A stretch of 63,731 nucleotides of DNA, filler included, from Octopus bimaculoides (GCF_001194135.2; 7 parts of 7 records of this genome joined end to end with filler, not necessarily neighbours in it); one strand, 5' to 3'; counted from the first letter of the whole stretch, positions 13,359-25,879 are shown. Made by a program: numbers and translations. Notes: a model not told the origin generated them from the sequence alone.

Positions 13359-14038
13359 ATGTGTGTATATATGTATGTATGTATATGTGTGTATATATGT
13401 ATAAATGTATTTACATATATGTATATGCCTATCTATACACACATGTATGTATGTATAAAAGTTTTTTTACATATATATATATGCCTATCTATACACACAA
13501 AGTATAAGGCACACATGCAAATAAAAATATATATGCAAAACATACACAGGCATAATATGTATATATACGTGTGTGCTTATATGGAAATATTTATACGTGC
13601 AACCTCCGGTGACTTCTCCGAAGTGTTTCGCACAATGAATAATTTACCATCGTTGAGGCGTCGAAATCATTAACAAATTATAATACATCAGATCTTTAAT
13701 TACACACACACACACACACACACACTCACTCATGTACCCGCCTTCTCACGAATGTAAAATATATTTGGGTGTGTGCTTGTGTGTGTACACACATATATAC
13801 ATATATATTATATACACACACAAATATATACATAAATATATATATATATACATACACACATATATATACACGTAAATATATGTGTATATATACATATATA
13901 TATATATATGCATAAATATATACACATAATATTTATATATATAATATAATATATATATAATATAATATAATATAATATATATATATATAATAAGATATAA
14001 TATATATATATAAAATATAATATATATATATAAAATAT

Positions 14039-14073
<35 letters not shown>

Positions 14074-14099
14074 ATATAATATATATATATATATATAAA

Positions 14100-14137
<38 letters not shown>
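12181..14137. repeat. Extended (TA)/(CA)/(TG)-rich low-complexity block
   Basis: Direct reading. Representative of dozens of microsatellites across the window. Confidence 0.9.
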
Positions 14138-14237
14138 NNNNNNNNNNNNNNNNNNNNNNNNNNNNNNNNNNNNNNNNNNNNTTAATTAATTAANNNNNNN
14201 NNNNNNNNNNNNNNNNNNNNNNNNNNNNNNNNNNNNN
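14138..14237. other. Artificial scaffold spacer (44 N + TTAATTAATTAA + 44 N); also at 25549, 36895, 40085, 43615 and 51239
   Basis: The identical palindromic six-frame-stop 12-mer is centred in a 100-bp spacer six times. Confidence 0.95.
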
Positions 14238-14374
14238 CACGATAGACTCGGCTGATAAGTGGGCTCGTCCCACACGCGACAATAGCCGTTCGACGAAGGT
14301 CCACAGCTCTGAAATATCTGGATACTGCACGAGTGCGTGCAGAACGGTTTCGTCGCTCTGACAGCATCTCGGGC

Positions 14375-14377
<3 letters not shown>
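14238..14377 (-). mobile_element. L1/Tx1-type LINE C-terminal fragment
   Basis: SPRCCQSDETVLHALVQYPDISELWTFVERLLSRV is a decayed CxxC..ET..H...C knuckle followed by W. Confidence 0.75.
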
Positions 14378-14421
<44 letters not shown>

Positions 14422-14505
14422 GCAGGCAGACAGGCAGGCAGGCAGGCAGGCAGACACATACATACATACATGCATACATACATACAAACATACATACATA
14501 CGTAG

Positions 14506-14603
<98 letters not shown>

Positions 14604-15044
14604 GCAGACATTGAAGGAAACAGACAGTCAGACAGATACACAGATCACAAGCACAGAAGCGACCTTTCTTTCCTTTTTAATGATATAATAACTAATTTCA
14701 TGTGATTAATATTCTACATACAGCAGATATTCCGAGACATCAATTTAATCATCTTGTCGACTGAAGATGTCAATGATTACGATATTATTACACCTTCTAC
14801 TGCAACCGAGGAATATTCGTGCCAGAAGAAAATGTCTAGATTCTTTGCTGTACATCGTACTACGCTTTATTCCTCTTCTTATATACGCAGCTACCAAGCC
14901 AGACAAATAGTAATTGTCTCCACACGAATACCAACCATTTAGTGATTGTATATTTATGCATACATACATACATACATACATACATACATACATACATACA
15001 TACATACATACATGCGTGTGTGTGCATGTACGTGTGTGCGTACG

Positions 15045-15086
<42 letters not shown>

Positions 15087-15853
15087 NNNNNNNNNNNNNN
15101 NNNNNNNNNNNNNNNNNNNNNNNNNNNNNNNNNNNNNNNNNNNNNNNNNNNNNNNNNNNNNNNNNNNNNNNNNNNNNNNNNNNNNNNNNNNNNNNNNNNN
15201 NNNNNNNNNNNNNNNNNNNNNNNNNNNNNNNNNNNNNNNNNNNNNNNNNNNNNNNNNNNNNNNNNNNNNNNNNNNNNNNNNNNNNNNNNNNNNNNNNNNN
15301 NNNNNNNNNNNNNNNNNNNNNNNNNNNNNNNNNNNNNNNNNNNNNNNNNNNNNNNNNNNNNNNNNNNNNNNNNNNNNNNNNNNNNNNNNNNNNNNNNNNN
15401 NNNNNNNNNNNNNNNNNNNNNNNNNNNNNNNNNNNNNNNNNNNNNNNNNNNNNNNNNNNNNNNNNNNNNNNNNNNNNNNNNNNNNNNNNNNNNNNNNNNN
15501 NNNNNNNNNNNNNNNNNNNNNNNNNNNNNNNNNNNNNNNNNNNNNNNNNNNNNNNNNNNNNNNNNNNNNNNNNNNNNNNNNNNNNNNNNNNNNNNNNNNN
15601 NNNNNNNNNNNNNNNNNNNNNNNNNNNNNNNNNNNNNNNNNNNNNNNNNNNNNNNNNNNNNNNNNNNNNNNNNNNNNNNNNNNNNNNNNNNNNNNNNNNN
15701 NNNNNNNNNNNNNNNNNNNNNNNNNNNNNNNNNNNNNNNNNNNNNNNNNNNNNNNNNNNNNNNNNNNNNNNNNNNNNNNNNNNNNNNNNNNNNNNNNNNN
15801 NNNNNNNNNNNNNNNNNNNNNNNNNNNNNNNNNNNNNNNNNNNNNNNNNNNNN

Positions 15854-16973
15854 TTAAAACCCTTTCTAACATGGAAGTATCCAAAGAGTATTTGAGGCAC
15901 ATAATGCTTTATGAGTACAAAAAAGGAAACTCTGCAGCCGAAGCGACTCGAAACATACACTCAGTTTATGGGAAATAATGCTTGAACGAAAGAAATTGCA
16001 GAAGATGGTTTGCAAAATTCAGAAGTGGAGATTTCAGCCTTGAACATGAAGATCGAATAGGACGTCCAGTTGAGTTTCATGATAAGCTCCTTGAGGCATT
16101 ACTTGAAGAAAATCCTGCATTATCAGTTGAAGAATTGGCAATAAAGCTTAGTTCAAACCATACAACTTTTCGTCGTCATCTTCAACAACTTGGAAAGGTT
16201 CCTAAACTTGGAAAATGTCTGCCTCATGAATTGTCCGAAAGCAACCGCAAATCCCGAGTTAACATCTGCTCTTCTCTCAATTCTCGCGAACTCATTTCAC
16301 CCTTTTTGGATAGACTTGTGACTGGTGACGAAGAATGGATCTTCTATCGAAATGTTAAACGTCATAAACAGTGGCTTGGCAAAAGGGAAAAAGCTCAACC
16401 ACAACCGAGAAGGGATCTTCATGGGGAAAAGATTCTTCTCTCTATCTGGTGGGATTGCAAAGGAGTAATTCACTTTGAATTGTTACCACCTAATGCAACA
16501 ATTAATGCTCAAGTCTACTGTCAGCAATTAGAGCGTTTGAACCAAGCTTTGAAGAAAAAAAGACCTGCTTTAGTGAATCGAAAAGGACTGATGTTTCATC
16601 AAGACAATGCGCAACCCCACACTGCAAAGATCCCATCACAGAAGATCTAAGAGCTTGGTTGGGAAAAAATTCCTCATCCACCTTATTCTCCCGACCTTGC
16701 CCCTGCAGACTACCATTTGTTTCGTAGTTTACAGAATCATTTGGGGGACATAACTTTCGCAAGCCAGGAGGAGGTCGAAACTGACATTTCAGAGTTCTTC
16801 GCTTTGAAACCAAAAGAGTTTTACATTGATGAGATTAAAAAGCTTGTAAATAGATGGAAGGAAGTCATAGATAATCCAGGAAAGTACATTGATGATTAGA
16901 TTTCAATTAAATATAACATTTGATCACTTGTTATCTTTATTCAAATTTCGGACAGAACTTATGAGATAACCTG

Positions 16974-16976
<3 letters not shown>
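15854..16976 (+). mobile_element. Mariner DNA transposon; 5' end lost in gap, 3' TIR present
   Basis: Transposase as above. Mariner-type 3' TIR TTCGGACAGAACTTATGAGATAACCTGATA at about 16947-16976, running into a (TA)n tract. Confidence 0.9.
15871..16899 (+). pseudogene. Mariner (DD34D) transposase, full length (342 codons) with two premature in-frame stops
   Basis: One frame from ATG 15871 (MEVSKEYLRHIMLYEYKKG) to TAG 16897-16899. Stops at 15976-15978 and 16648-16650. Motifs: RRWFAKFRSGDFSLE, GRP, LVTGDEEW, WWDCKG, FHQDN, HPPYSPDLAPADYHLFRSLQ. 34 residues separate the second and third catalytic D. Confidence 0.96.
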
Positions 16977-17004
<28 letters not shown>

Positions 17005-17065
17005 CATACACACACATATACATATATATATATGTACATACATATATACATATACATTACATACA

Positions 17066-17110
<45 letters not shown>

Positions 17111-17367
17111 GAGAAATAGGATGATGAATGACACGCAACATGTGCACGCATACATGAACACAGGTACACACACGCACACATACACATGCGCGCGCGCGCA
17201 CACACATACACACACACATTGCCAAAAGAAGCAGTGACCTTTTAACATACACAATGCTTGCTATATCCAACAACATATAACAAATGACCATCATTAACTA
17301 ATATAATTAACTAAAAAAAATAACAACAAAACAGCGACGCGACTTTGCTGCAGTACATATGACTCGT

Positions 17368-17388
17368 GTTTCCATGGAAACGTAAACA
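17368..17388. promoter_or_regulatory. Palindromic RFX X-box with an adjacent forkhead motif
   Basis: GTTTCCATGGAAAC (17368-81) immediately followed by GTAAACA (17382-88) in unique sequence. Confidence 0.45.
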
Positions 17389-17596
17389 GACGATAACGTG
17401 CGAACGAACGTATAAGACGCTAAGTCACGCTTCAGTTAAAATATAAACATTGCTCCTACGCGTGTGCCTCTAAGTGGTCGCACTACTTGCTAGATATAGC
17501 AGTAATAATGTCCCTCAAATCATAGCTGAATATCTGAAAAAAATAGACACAAAAGAAACGATATGATAGAATCTATGCTATAAGCGGGATAAAGAT

Positions 17597-17751
17597 GGGG
17601 GCGAAAGTAAAGGATACGTACACCCGGTGTTTAGGGTTAGGGTTAGGATTTATAGGGTTTATGTTTAGGGTTTAGGATTAGGGTTTAGGGTTAGGGTTAG
17701 GGGGGTTTTTAACGGCGAAAACTGGTGGTGTACGTATTCTTTACCCCCGCC
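17597..17751. mobile_element. MITE-like element with an internal degenerate TTAGGG array
   Basis: GTAAAGGATACGTACACC (17607-24) and GGTGTACGTATTCTTTAC (17727-44) are inverted. TTAGGG/TTTAGGG units fill about 17630-17705. Confidence 0.7.
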
Positions 17752-18158
17752 AGAATGGGATTGTCAAAGCTGGAACGTCTGTGAATTTGAACAGAGTTGA
17801 TCTTGTCTAAAGCAGGAAAAGCATACACATAGACATACCTACCCACATACATATACATAAACATACATACATACATGCATACACATACATATATTCATAC
17901 ACACATACACGTATACACATATACATACACGTACGCCCACATCCACACACACACATACATATATACATTCATATACATACACACATACATGTATAACATA
18001 AATACACACACACACACATGAGCGAGCACATAGATGCAAAACCAGGTGGGAAAATAGTACTTGAATACCAATGGTAGTGTAATACACCATTTGTTAAAGC
18101 TCGAAATTGTCTCCACAAATTGTTGCTTAGTTTCACATGATTTAGTAAGACAGTTGCG

Positions 18159-18202
<44 letters not shown>

Positions 18203-19809
18203 NNNNNNNNNNNNNNNNNNNNNNNNNNNNNNNNNNNNNNNNNNNNNNNNNNNNNNNNNNNNNNNNNNNNNNNNNNNNNNNNNNNNNNNNNNNNNNNNNN
18301 NNNNNNNNNNNNNNNNNNNNNNNNNNNNNNNNNNNNNNNNNNNNNNNNNNNNNNNNNNNNNNNNNNNNNNNNNNNNNNNNNNNNNNNNNNNNNNNNNNNN
18401 NNNNNNNNNNNNNNNNNNNNNNNNNNNNNNNNNNNNNNNNNNNNNNNNNNNNNNNNNNNNNNNNNNNNNNNNNNNNNNNNNNNNNNNNNNNNNNNNNNNN
18501 NNNNNNNNNNNNNNNNNNNNNNNNNNNNNNNNNNNNNNNNNNNNNNNNNNNNNNNNNNNNNNNNNNNNNNNNNNNNNNNNNNNNNNNNNNNNNNNNNNNN
18601 NNNNNNNNNNNNNNNNNNNNNNNNNNNNNNNNNNNNNNNNNNNNNNNNNNNNNNNNNNNNNNNNNNNNNNNNNNNNNNNNNNNNNNNNNNNNNNNNNNNN
18701 NNNNNNNNNNNNNNNNNNNNNNNNNGATCTATACACACATACATACATACATACACACACATACATACACATACACATAGATACATACATACACACACAA
18801 ACATACAGACTGATAGACAGAAGGGCAGACAGGCGGCAGACAGAGTGGCAAGCAGAAACGTAGCAGACCAGCAGGCAGGCATACAGGCAGACTGACAGAC
18901 ATACAGCAGATCAAAGGTAGGTAAGTGTGCAGGCATGTAGCAGGCGGGCACACAGATATACATACATGCATAGATCCATCCATCCATCCATACATACATA
19001 CATACATACATACATACATACATACATACGTACAAAAATACCCTGTTGCTGATGTTGAAATTCCGATGAAGGTACCTTGGATCTAGGTTAGAAACCGGCT
19101 CTTCCTCTATGGACAAGAAATCTTGAAATAAAACTGAACAATGACATACATACAGACAGACAAACAGGCAGAGAGAAAAACAGGTAGACTGATAAATGTA
19201 TTGACAGAAAGGCAAGCAAACAGACAGATAAACAGACAAACAGCCGTCCAGTTAACCAGCCAACCAGCTAGCCAGACAAATAGACACGCTGGCAGGCAGG
19301 TAAATGCGCTCTTACGTTGATAATGTAGGAACGCGCCTTTGATGCAGGTCTGAAGAAGTACCACTCTCAAGTTTCACGTGGAACGTTTGATACAGAAAGT
19401 AATTACAATTGATCCTTAAAGTCTTTCTTTGTCTTCTTATTTGGATTATGCATATAGTGTATGCATGTGCGTGTGTGTATGTATGTATGTATGTATGTAT
19501 GTTTGTGTGTATGTATGTATGTATGTATGTATGTATATATATNNNNNNNNNNGACAAAGTAGAAAATGCTAAAGTACTTTTATAAAGAACATTACAGAAC
19601 GGGTTTCGGTCCTTGAGATCTTTTCAACAGTAAATATGAATAATAAATTTTTGAAAAATTATTGAAAAATTAAATTTAAAAGAAAAGTCTTTTTAAAGAC
19701 ATATTTGTATAGTATTCAAATAACAGGGACATTTTTCTTGTTTCTGACTGTCTCTGTTTCACTTGTTAACTCTTGTGGGTTCGAAGAAGGAGGGCACTCC
19801 TTCGTTTAT

Positions 19810-20125
19810 GATTGACCATGGGATTACACCTAGAAAGTTCCCCTCTGTGGCACAAGTCCGGGCAAAGTTGTTTATGGAAGACCAGCAATCATCCATGCAT
19901 ACCATCCTCCCCTTTCTATGCCACTGATGTTATCCAAGGAAACGGCAAAGACCGATACAGCTTGGCACCAGTGACGTCGCAACTCATTTCTACAGCCGAG
20001 TGAGCTAGAGCAACGTGAAATGAAGTGTCTTGCTCAAGAACACAACACACAACCAAGTCCAGGAATCGACCTCACTATCTCATGATTATGAGCCCGACGC
20101 TCTAACTACTAAGTCATGCGCCTTC
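19810..20125 (-). mobile_element. SINE family C-like
   Basis: GAAATGAAGTGTCTTGCTCAAGAACAC..GGAATCGA..CTAACTACTAAGTCATGCGCCTTC is the reverse complement of the family C head. Confidence 0.8.
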
Positions 20126-20293
20126 ACACAGCAGCCACTAAAAGAATCGATAGACTAGCAGCGATAGAATAGGCAATGTCCAGACTTTTACATTGCAAAT
20201 ATCAAACCATATACAATTAACCACTACAAGCCAACGATGAAACCTCTACATGTTCCAAGACTAAATTAACTTATGTCCTTCTTAAGGAGCTGC

Positions 20294-20334
<41 letters not shown>

Positions 20335-21239
20335 CAATAAGAAAATGGAGGGGAATATGAGGTACTCATCAACTTGCAGACACTATATTCCGTTGATTAA
20401 TCTGTTTATTTTATAACCAAAATGACAAAAAGGACAATATACAGACACTTATGACATACCATCTCACATCAACAATTAAGATTTTAAATTTAATGGACAT
20501 CTAGCAATTGGAGAAGGGACAAAATCTTACAGCTGTTTCAGCCTAGTGTTGGCATGCGTATATATATTTATATATATATACGCTGCAGCTCTTTTGAGCC
20601 AGACGTACGAAGACCTTCATGGTATAACAGATAATTTCTCCAACGCATGCAAAAGGTTTATCTTCACCCTCAATATAAAATAAACTGACTTTATATCTTA
20701 AAAAGTGCCACGATCTCCTTTCGTTTTTATTAACGGTTTCACGCTCGAAGTGTAACCTTTCTTGGACTTCTGACCTTTTACAACACTTAATTCCAAAGGT
20801 TATGCTTTTGTAATCTAATCCATCGTAGAGTTTTTTCATCCTGTTCTCAGCTATTAAATATCTGTTGAACAAAAAGTGTCGATGAAACGCGTTACAATTG
20901 CGAGTGAATACATCGATTATGTCACGTGTCATGTAAATGTTAACACGTGATCAGTAGCTTCTTCGAAATGTAATTAAGGTCCGAACTTCCTCTATGAGAT
21001 GTCGTTGTTGCTAAACAATGCACTTTAGCACCAACAGAAAGGAAATGTTCTGAGATCTAAGACAAATGTAAGAAAAATATTTCTCATATAGAATATATTT
21101 ATCTAAATGGGTTTCCGTCGATTTTGACGATGAATATTCGATTCACTTGTTACATCAACTGCATTAACCGTTCATTTAAACTAATGCGTAGGTGATCAAG
21201 CGTTCCGTGGATATGTTTAATGTTAGTGTAGTTCTTAAT

Positions 21240-21457
21240 GTGGCAAGCTGGCAGAATCGTCAGCATGCTGGGTAAAACACTTAGAGGCATTTAGTCTGTC
21301 TTTACGGTTTGAGTTCAAATTCCGCCGAGGTCGACTTTGCCTTTCATTCTTTCGGAGTCGATAAAATAAGTACCAGTTAACCATTGGAGCCGGTGTAATC
21401 GACTTACTCTCCCGCTCTGAACTTGCTAGCCTTGTGCCAAAAATTGAGACTAATATT
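21240..21457 (+). mobile_element. tRNA-derived SINE family B
   Basis: GGCAAGCTGGCAGAATCG..GAGTTCAAATTCCGCCGAGGTCGACTTTGCCTTTCAT..GTCGATAAAATAAGTACCAGTT. Confidence 0.88.
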
Positions 21458-21729
21458 AGTGTAGTCCTCGGGTAGAATCGGCGTGACATAATGTGAAAAC
21501 ATAGTAACTCAAAACACTGGCAGAAACCATTCGAAGGTTTCGCTTACAGTTTCCATCTCCTCTAATTTTCTTACAAAGTACAGATCGATCCGAAGCAATG
21601 GTAAAAGACAATTGCTCGAGATACCACACACACTGGGATCGAACCCGACACATCGTGATTACGAAGCGAACTCCTTAGCCCTTCAGCCATACATACAAAG
21701 TCCAATACAAGGAATACTATGGCAGAACA

Positions 21730-22406
21730 GTAAGATAGAAGCTACTTCTTCAACCAGCCAATGTCAAGCGGAGAAAAGGCTGGGCCTCTGAGATTGGGGA
21801 GAGGCGACTAACATTTTCAGGCACTGCCATATTCTCTGATGAGCTCAGATTTGCTGTATTTTCTGACAATGGTTGATTATGGATCTGGAAACTGTGGTAA
21901 AGGATTTGACGTAAAAAGTTTACTGCCAACAAAGAAACACGGCAGCTATTCTGTGATGGTCTGGGAGCAATTTGGCGCAGCGGTGGATCAGAGCTGGTGG
22001 ACTGTGAGGGAAACATAAACTCAGATAAATATGTGTCCATAATGCAGGACAGACTCCTTCCAGTCTTCTCCGGTGGTGAAATGATTAAAGAAAACAATTT
22101 ATGGAAGATGAGACTCCTTGTAACACAGCTAAAAGGACCCAAGATTGGTTGGAAGAAAATGACATTAGAAAGCTCTCATGGCCAAGCCAGTTACCAGATA
22201 TGAACCCTATTGAACACATCTGGGGCATAATGGACAGGACACTTCGTAAATAGAACAAAAAAGCATCCTCAAAGCCAGATCTTTTGAGATTCCTGCATGC
22301 AACTTGGCAACAAATTCCACAAGAGAATATTCGTCATCTGATCAGTAGCATGCCCAATAGGGTCCTTACATTAAAAAATGCAAAAGGCATGTCTACAAAA
22401 TATTAG
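21730..22406 (+). mobile_element. Tc1-like (DD34E) transposase pseudogene fragment
   Basis: Frameshifted translation: IFSDE...KHGSYSVMVW..IWRSGGSELVDCEGNINSDKYVSIMQD...MEDETPCNTAKRTQDWLEENDIRKLSWPSQLPDMNPIEHIWG...SMPNRV...KGMSTKY*. I count D-34-E spacing. Confidence 0.92.
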
Positions 22407-22901
22407 ATATTCACATTATGATAATAAATAATTTGTATGTATAATTTCAAGTTTAAATGAATTTTAACGATTATTAGGGCGACTATTGTCATGTCTGTAT
22501 CAGACTCTCTCTCCTCTCTCTATATATATTTACTATACTGTTTATCACGCTCTCACGCCTGCTACACCTCTCTCTCTCTCTCTCTCTTTCTCTTTCTCTT
22601 TCTCTTGATATGACATGTAATTGCTTTCATTTTGTTTAAAATTTCGTAATTGTAATGTTTAGCTGCATTTTATGATAGACAGCTATCACGCAGAAAATGC
22701 GAGCTTCAAAAACGTTATCTTTTGATTGGGCAATAACTATCAAACTTAATACCTCTGTAACAGTTTGCTAAAAACTTTTTTCTGGAATAAGTGAATCACA
22801 AAATCGGATTCAGCGTAAAAATGTACATCAAAATACCAAATTTGAAAATTTTCACTTTATTTTAAAATTTCAAAATCTATAACACCAATAGAAAAGATCT
22901 A

Positions 22902-22989
<88 letters not shown>

Positions 22990-23472
22990 GCTAGCTAGCT
23001 AGCTATCTGTTTCATTTACACTTTTCTCATTGTAAACTTGCTCCTCTCTATATATATTTACCACACGCTCTCCTGTTTCACTCTCTACATTTGTATATCG
23101 CTCACGTTGGGTGTGTGTATTCGGGTTCCAGCGCACGCGTGTATGTGAGTGTGTGTGTGTGCATGTGTGTGTTAGTGTTTGTGTATGAATGTGTGTACGG
23201 AATTTCATTAGGGTCACAGTGTCGAAAGGCTCACGAAACATCAACAGTGAGCTAAAAAAACCAACTTTTTACATTCTTGCACCAAATGGAAAAAAACAAA
23301 AAAACTTACTTTATCGATAAATTATAAATTGCCCCCTAATAATGCAGAAATCCGTCGGGATCAAGAGGCTTAACCGACGGAGAAGACATGGTCTGGCATA
23401 GAACAAAAAAGAAAAAATTGAAATAAAGGTATTCTATTGTGAACATTGTCTGACAACGACGGGATACTCAGG

Positions 23473-23510
<38 letters not shown>

Positions 23511-24668
23511 AATACACATACGCACACACAGAAACAGTTATATGCTTGGCTTATGTGATAACAAAGAATACCAAAGCAACCAATAATAATTTCATTGTTG
23601 GCAATGCAAAGAATTCTTCGAGAGATGTCTACAACGCTTAGAAACAGTGGTATCCAATCTGTGTATCATATTTCCATGTTGTATACAAATAATATTGTAT
23701 ACGAATCATATTTATCGAATAGACAGAGAAATTGTAAACAAACAAGACAAAATATCTTTGGTTTCTGATACACAGAGAGAATGGCGGGGCACAGGGGGAG
23801 GGAAGGAGAGAGAAAGATAGGAAGAATGTGTGTGAGAGAGAGAGAGAGTGTGTGGGAAAGAGAATGTGAAAACAACCATCTTAACAAGTCTCTTATACTC
23901 CGTCTCTCTTCCTCCTCTTCATTTCCTTTTCATCTTTTCTTTTTCTTCTCTCTCGCCGGCTCTTTCTCTCTTTCTCAGTACACACACACACACACACACA
24001 CACAAATACATACATTCAAATATACATACGTACATGTATACATACACACATACACACATACACATAGATACATTAATACTTACATACATATATGGATACA
24101 TACATACATATATATATATCTATATCTATCTATATCTATCTATCTATCTATCTATCTATTTATGTATCTATCTATCTATCTATATATATATATATATAAA
24201 CAATATATAAGTATATGCATATNNNNNNNNNNNNNNNNNNNNNNNNNNNNNNNNNNNNNNNNNNNNNNNNNNNNNNNNNNNNNNNNNNNNNNNNNNNNNN
24301 NNNNNNNNNNNNNNNNNNNNNNNNNNNNNNNNNNNNNNNNNNNNNNNNNNNNNNNNNNNNNNNNNNNNNNNNNNNNNNNNNNNNNNNNNNNNNNNNNNNN
24401 NNNNNNNNNNNNNNNNNNNNNNNNNNNNNNNNNNNNNNNNNNNNNNNNNNNNNNNNNNNNNNNNNNNNNNNNNNNNNNNNNNNNNNNNNNNNNNNNNNNN
24501 NNNNNNNNNNNNNNNNNNNNNNNNNNNNNNNNNNNNNNNNNNNNNNNNNNNNNNNNNNNNNNNNNNNNNNNNNNNNNNNNNNNNNNNNNNNNNNNNNNNN
24601 NNNNNNNNNNNNNNNNNNNNNNNNNNNNNNNNNNNNNNNNNNNNNNNNNNNNNNNNNNNNNNNNNNNN

Positions 24669-24707
<39 letters not shown>

Positions 24708-24732
24708 TCAAACGCGCGCGCGCGTAGTAAGA

Positions 24733-25072
24733 TGTTAGGATTTTTTGAGTACAAGGATTGGTTATTAACATAACCAATAAATTCTTTGTTAGCTATCCAA
24801 TGAATTCTAAGGGCAAAATCTATATTACATACATGTAAACACACACACACACATCCATCAACCATCTAACCGATTCACAGGCACACACACCCACACCCAC
24901 ACACTCACACAGACACATTATGCGTGTGCTTGTGTGTGTGCGCGCGCATTTGCTTGTATGTAAGTATATAAAAGCATTATAGATTTTGCTAGTAGAATTC
25001 TTTGGATTGCTAGTAAAGAACTTATTGGTTATATTAATAACGAATCTTTGTAATCACAAAATCCTAGCAAAT
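24733..25072. repeat. Old diverged inverted repeat pair (~95 bp) around a microsatellite spacer; MITE-like
   Basis: About 24733-24826 aligns to the reverse complement of about 24978-25072 at roughly 75-80% identity by eye. Confidence 0.7.
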
Positions 25073-25845
25073 AACCGTTTGTATGTGTGTGTATCTGTCT
25101 ATGTGTGTGTTTTTCTCAACGATAGAGAGAGGGGAGAGAGAGAAGGAGAGAGAGAGAGTGTGTGTGTGTGTGTATGTGTATGTGTGTTTGTTGTGTGTTG
25201 TGCATTTTGTGTTTCTCAACAATGAAGAAAGGTTGTTACTAACCCAGAATCTTGGCTCTTCATCGAAACGTTATTGAACATCAATTGGGTAGTCATGTAC
25301 GTATGTATGCATAGAGGAACGTATGCTTACTTATGTATGTACGTATGTATGTATGTATGTCTTTGTATTATGTACGTATGTATGCATGTATGAATGTATG
25401 TATGTATCTATGTCTAGATGCATGTATGTATATATGTATGTATGTATGTTTGTATGTATGTATGTATGTTTGTATGTATGTATGTATGTATGTATTTTTG
25501 TATGNNNNNNNNNNNNNNNNNNNNNNNNNNNNNNNNNNNNNNNNNNNNTTAATTAATTAANNNNNNNNNNNNNNNNNNNNNNNNNNNNNNNNNNNNNNNN
25601 NNNNTATCTATCTATCTATATATATATACATACCTATGCATTTATGTAGGTAGAGACTAATGGGAGGTTGAGGGAGGGATAGAGAGAAAGAAAGTAAGAT
25701 CTACACATATACATTACAGTGTTTGCTACTAATATTGGAAAGTTTTATCATTTCTCATTTCTCCCTAAGTATATTTTACCCTTATACCCCGCTCTGTGCC
25801 TATCTCTCTCACATTAATATACATACACACATACCTGTATGTATG

Positions 25846-25879
<34 letters not shown>

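Noticed and set aside
14182-14193. Recurrent TTAATTAATTAA palindrome (six copies)
   Set aside because: Always centred in a 100-bp N spacer. It is an assembly linker with stops in six frames, not biology.
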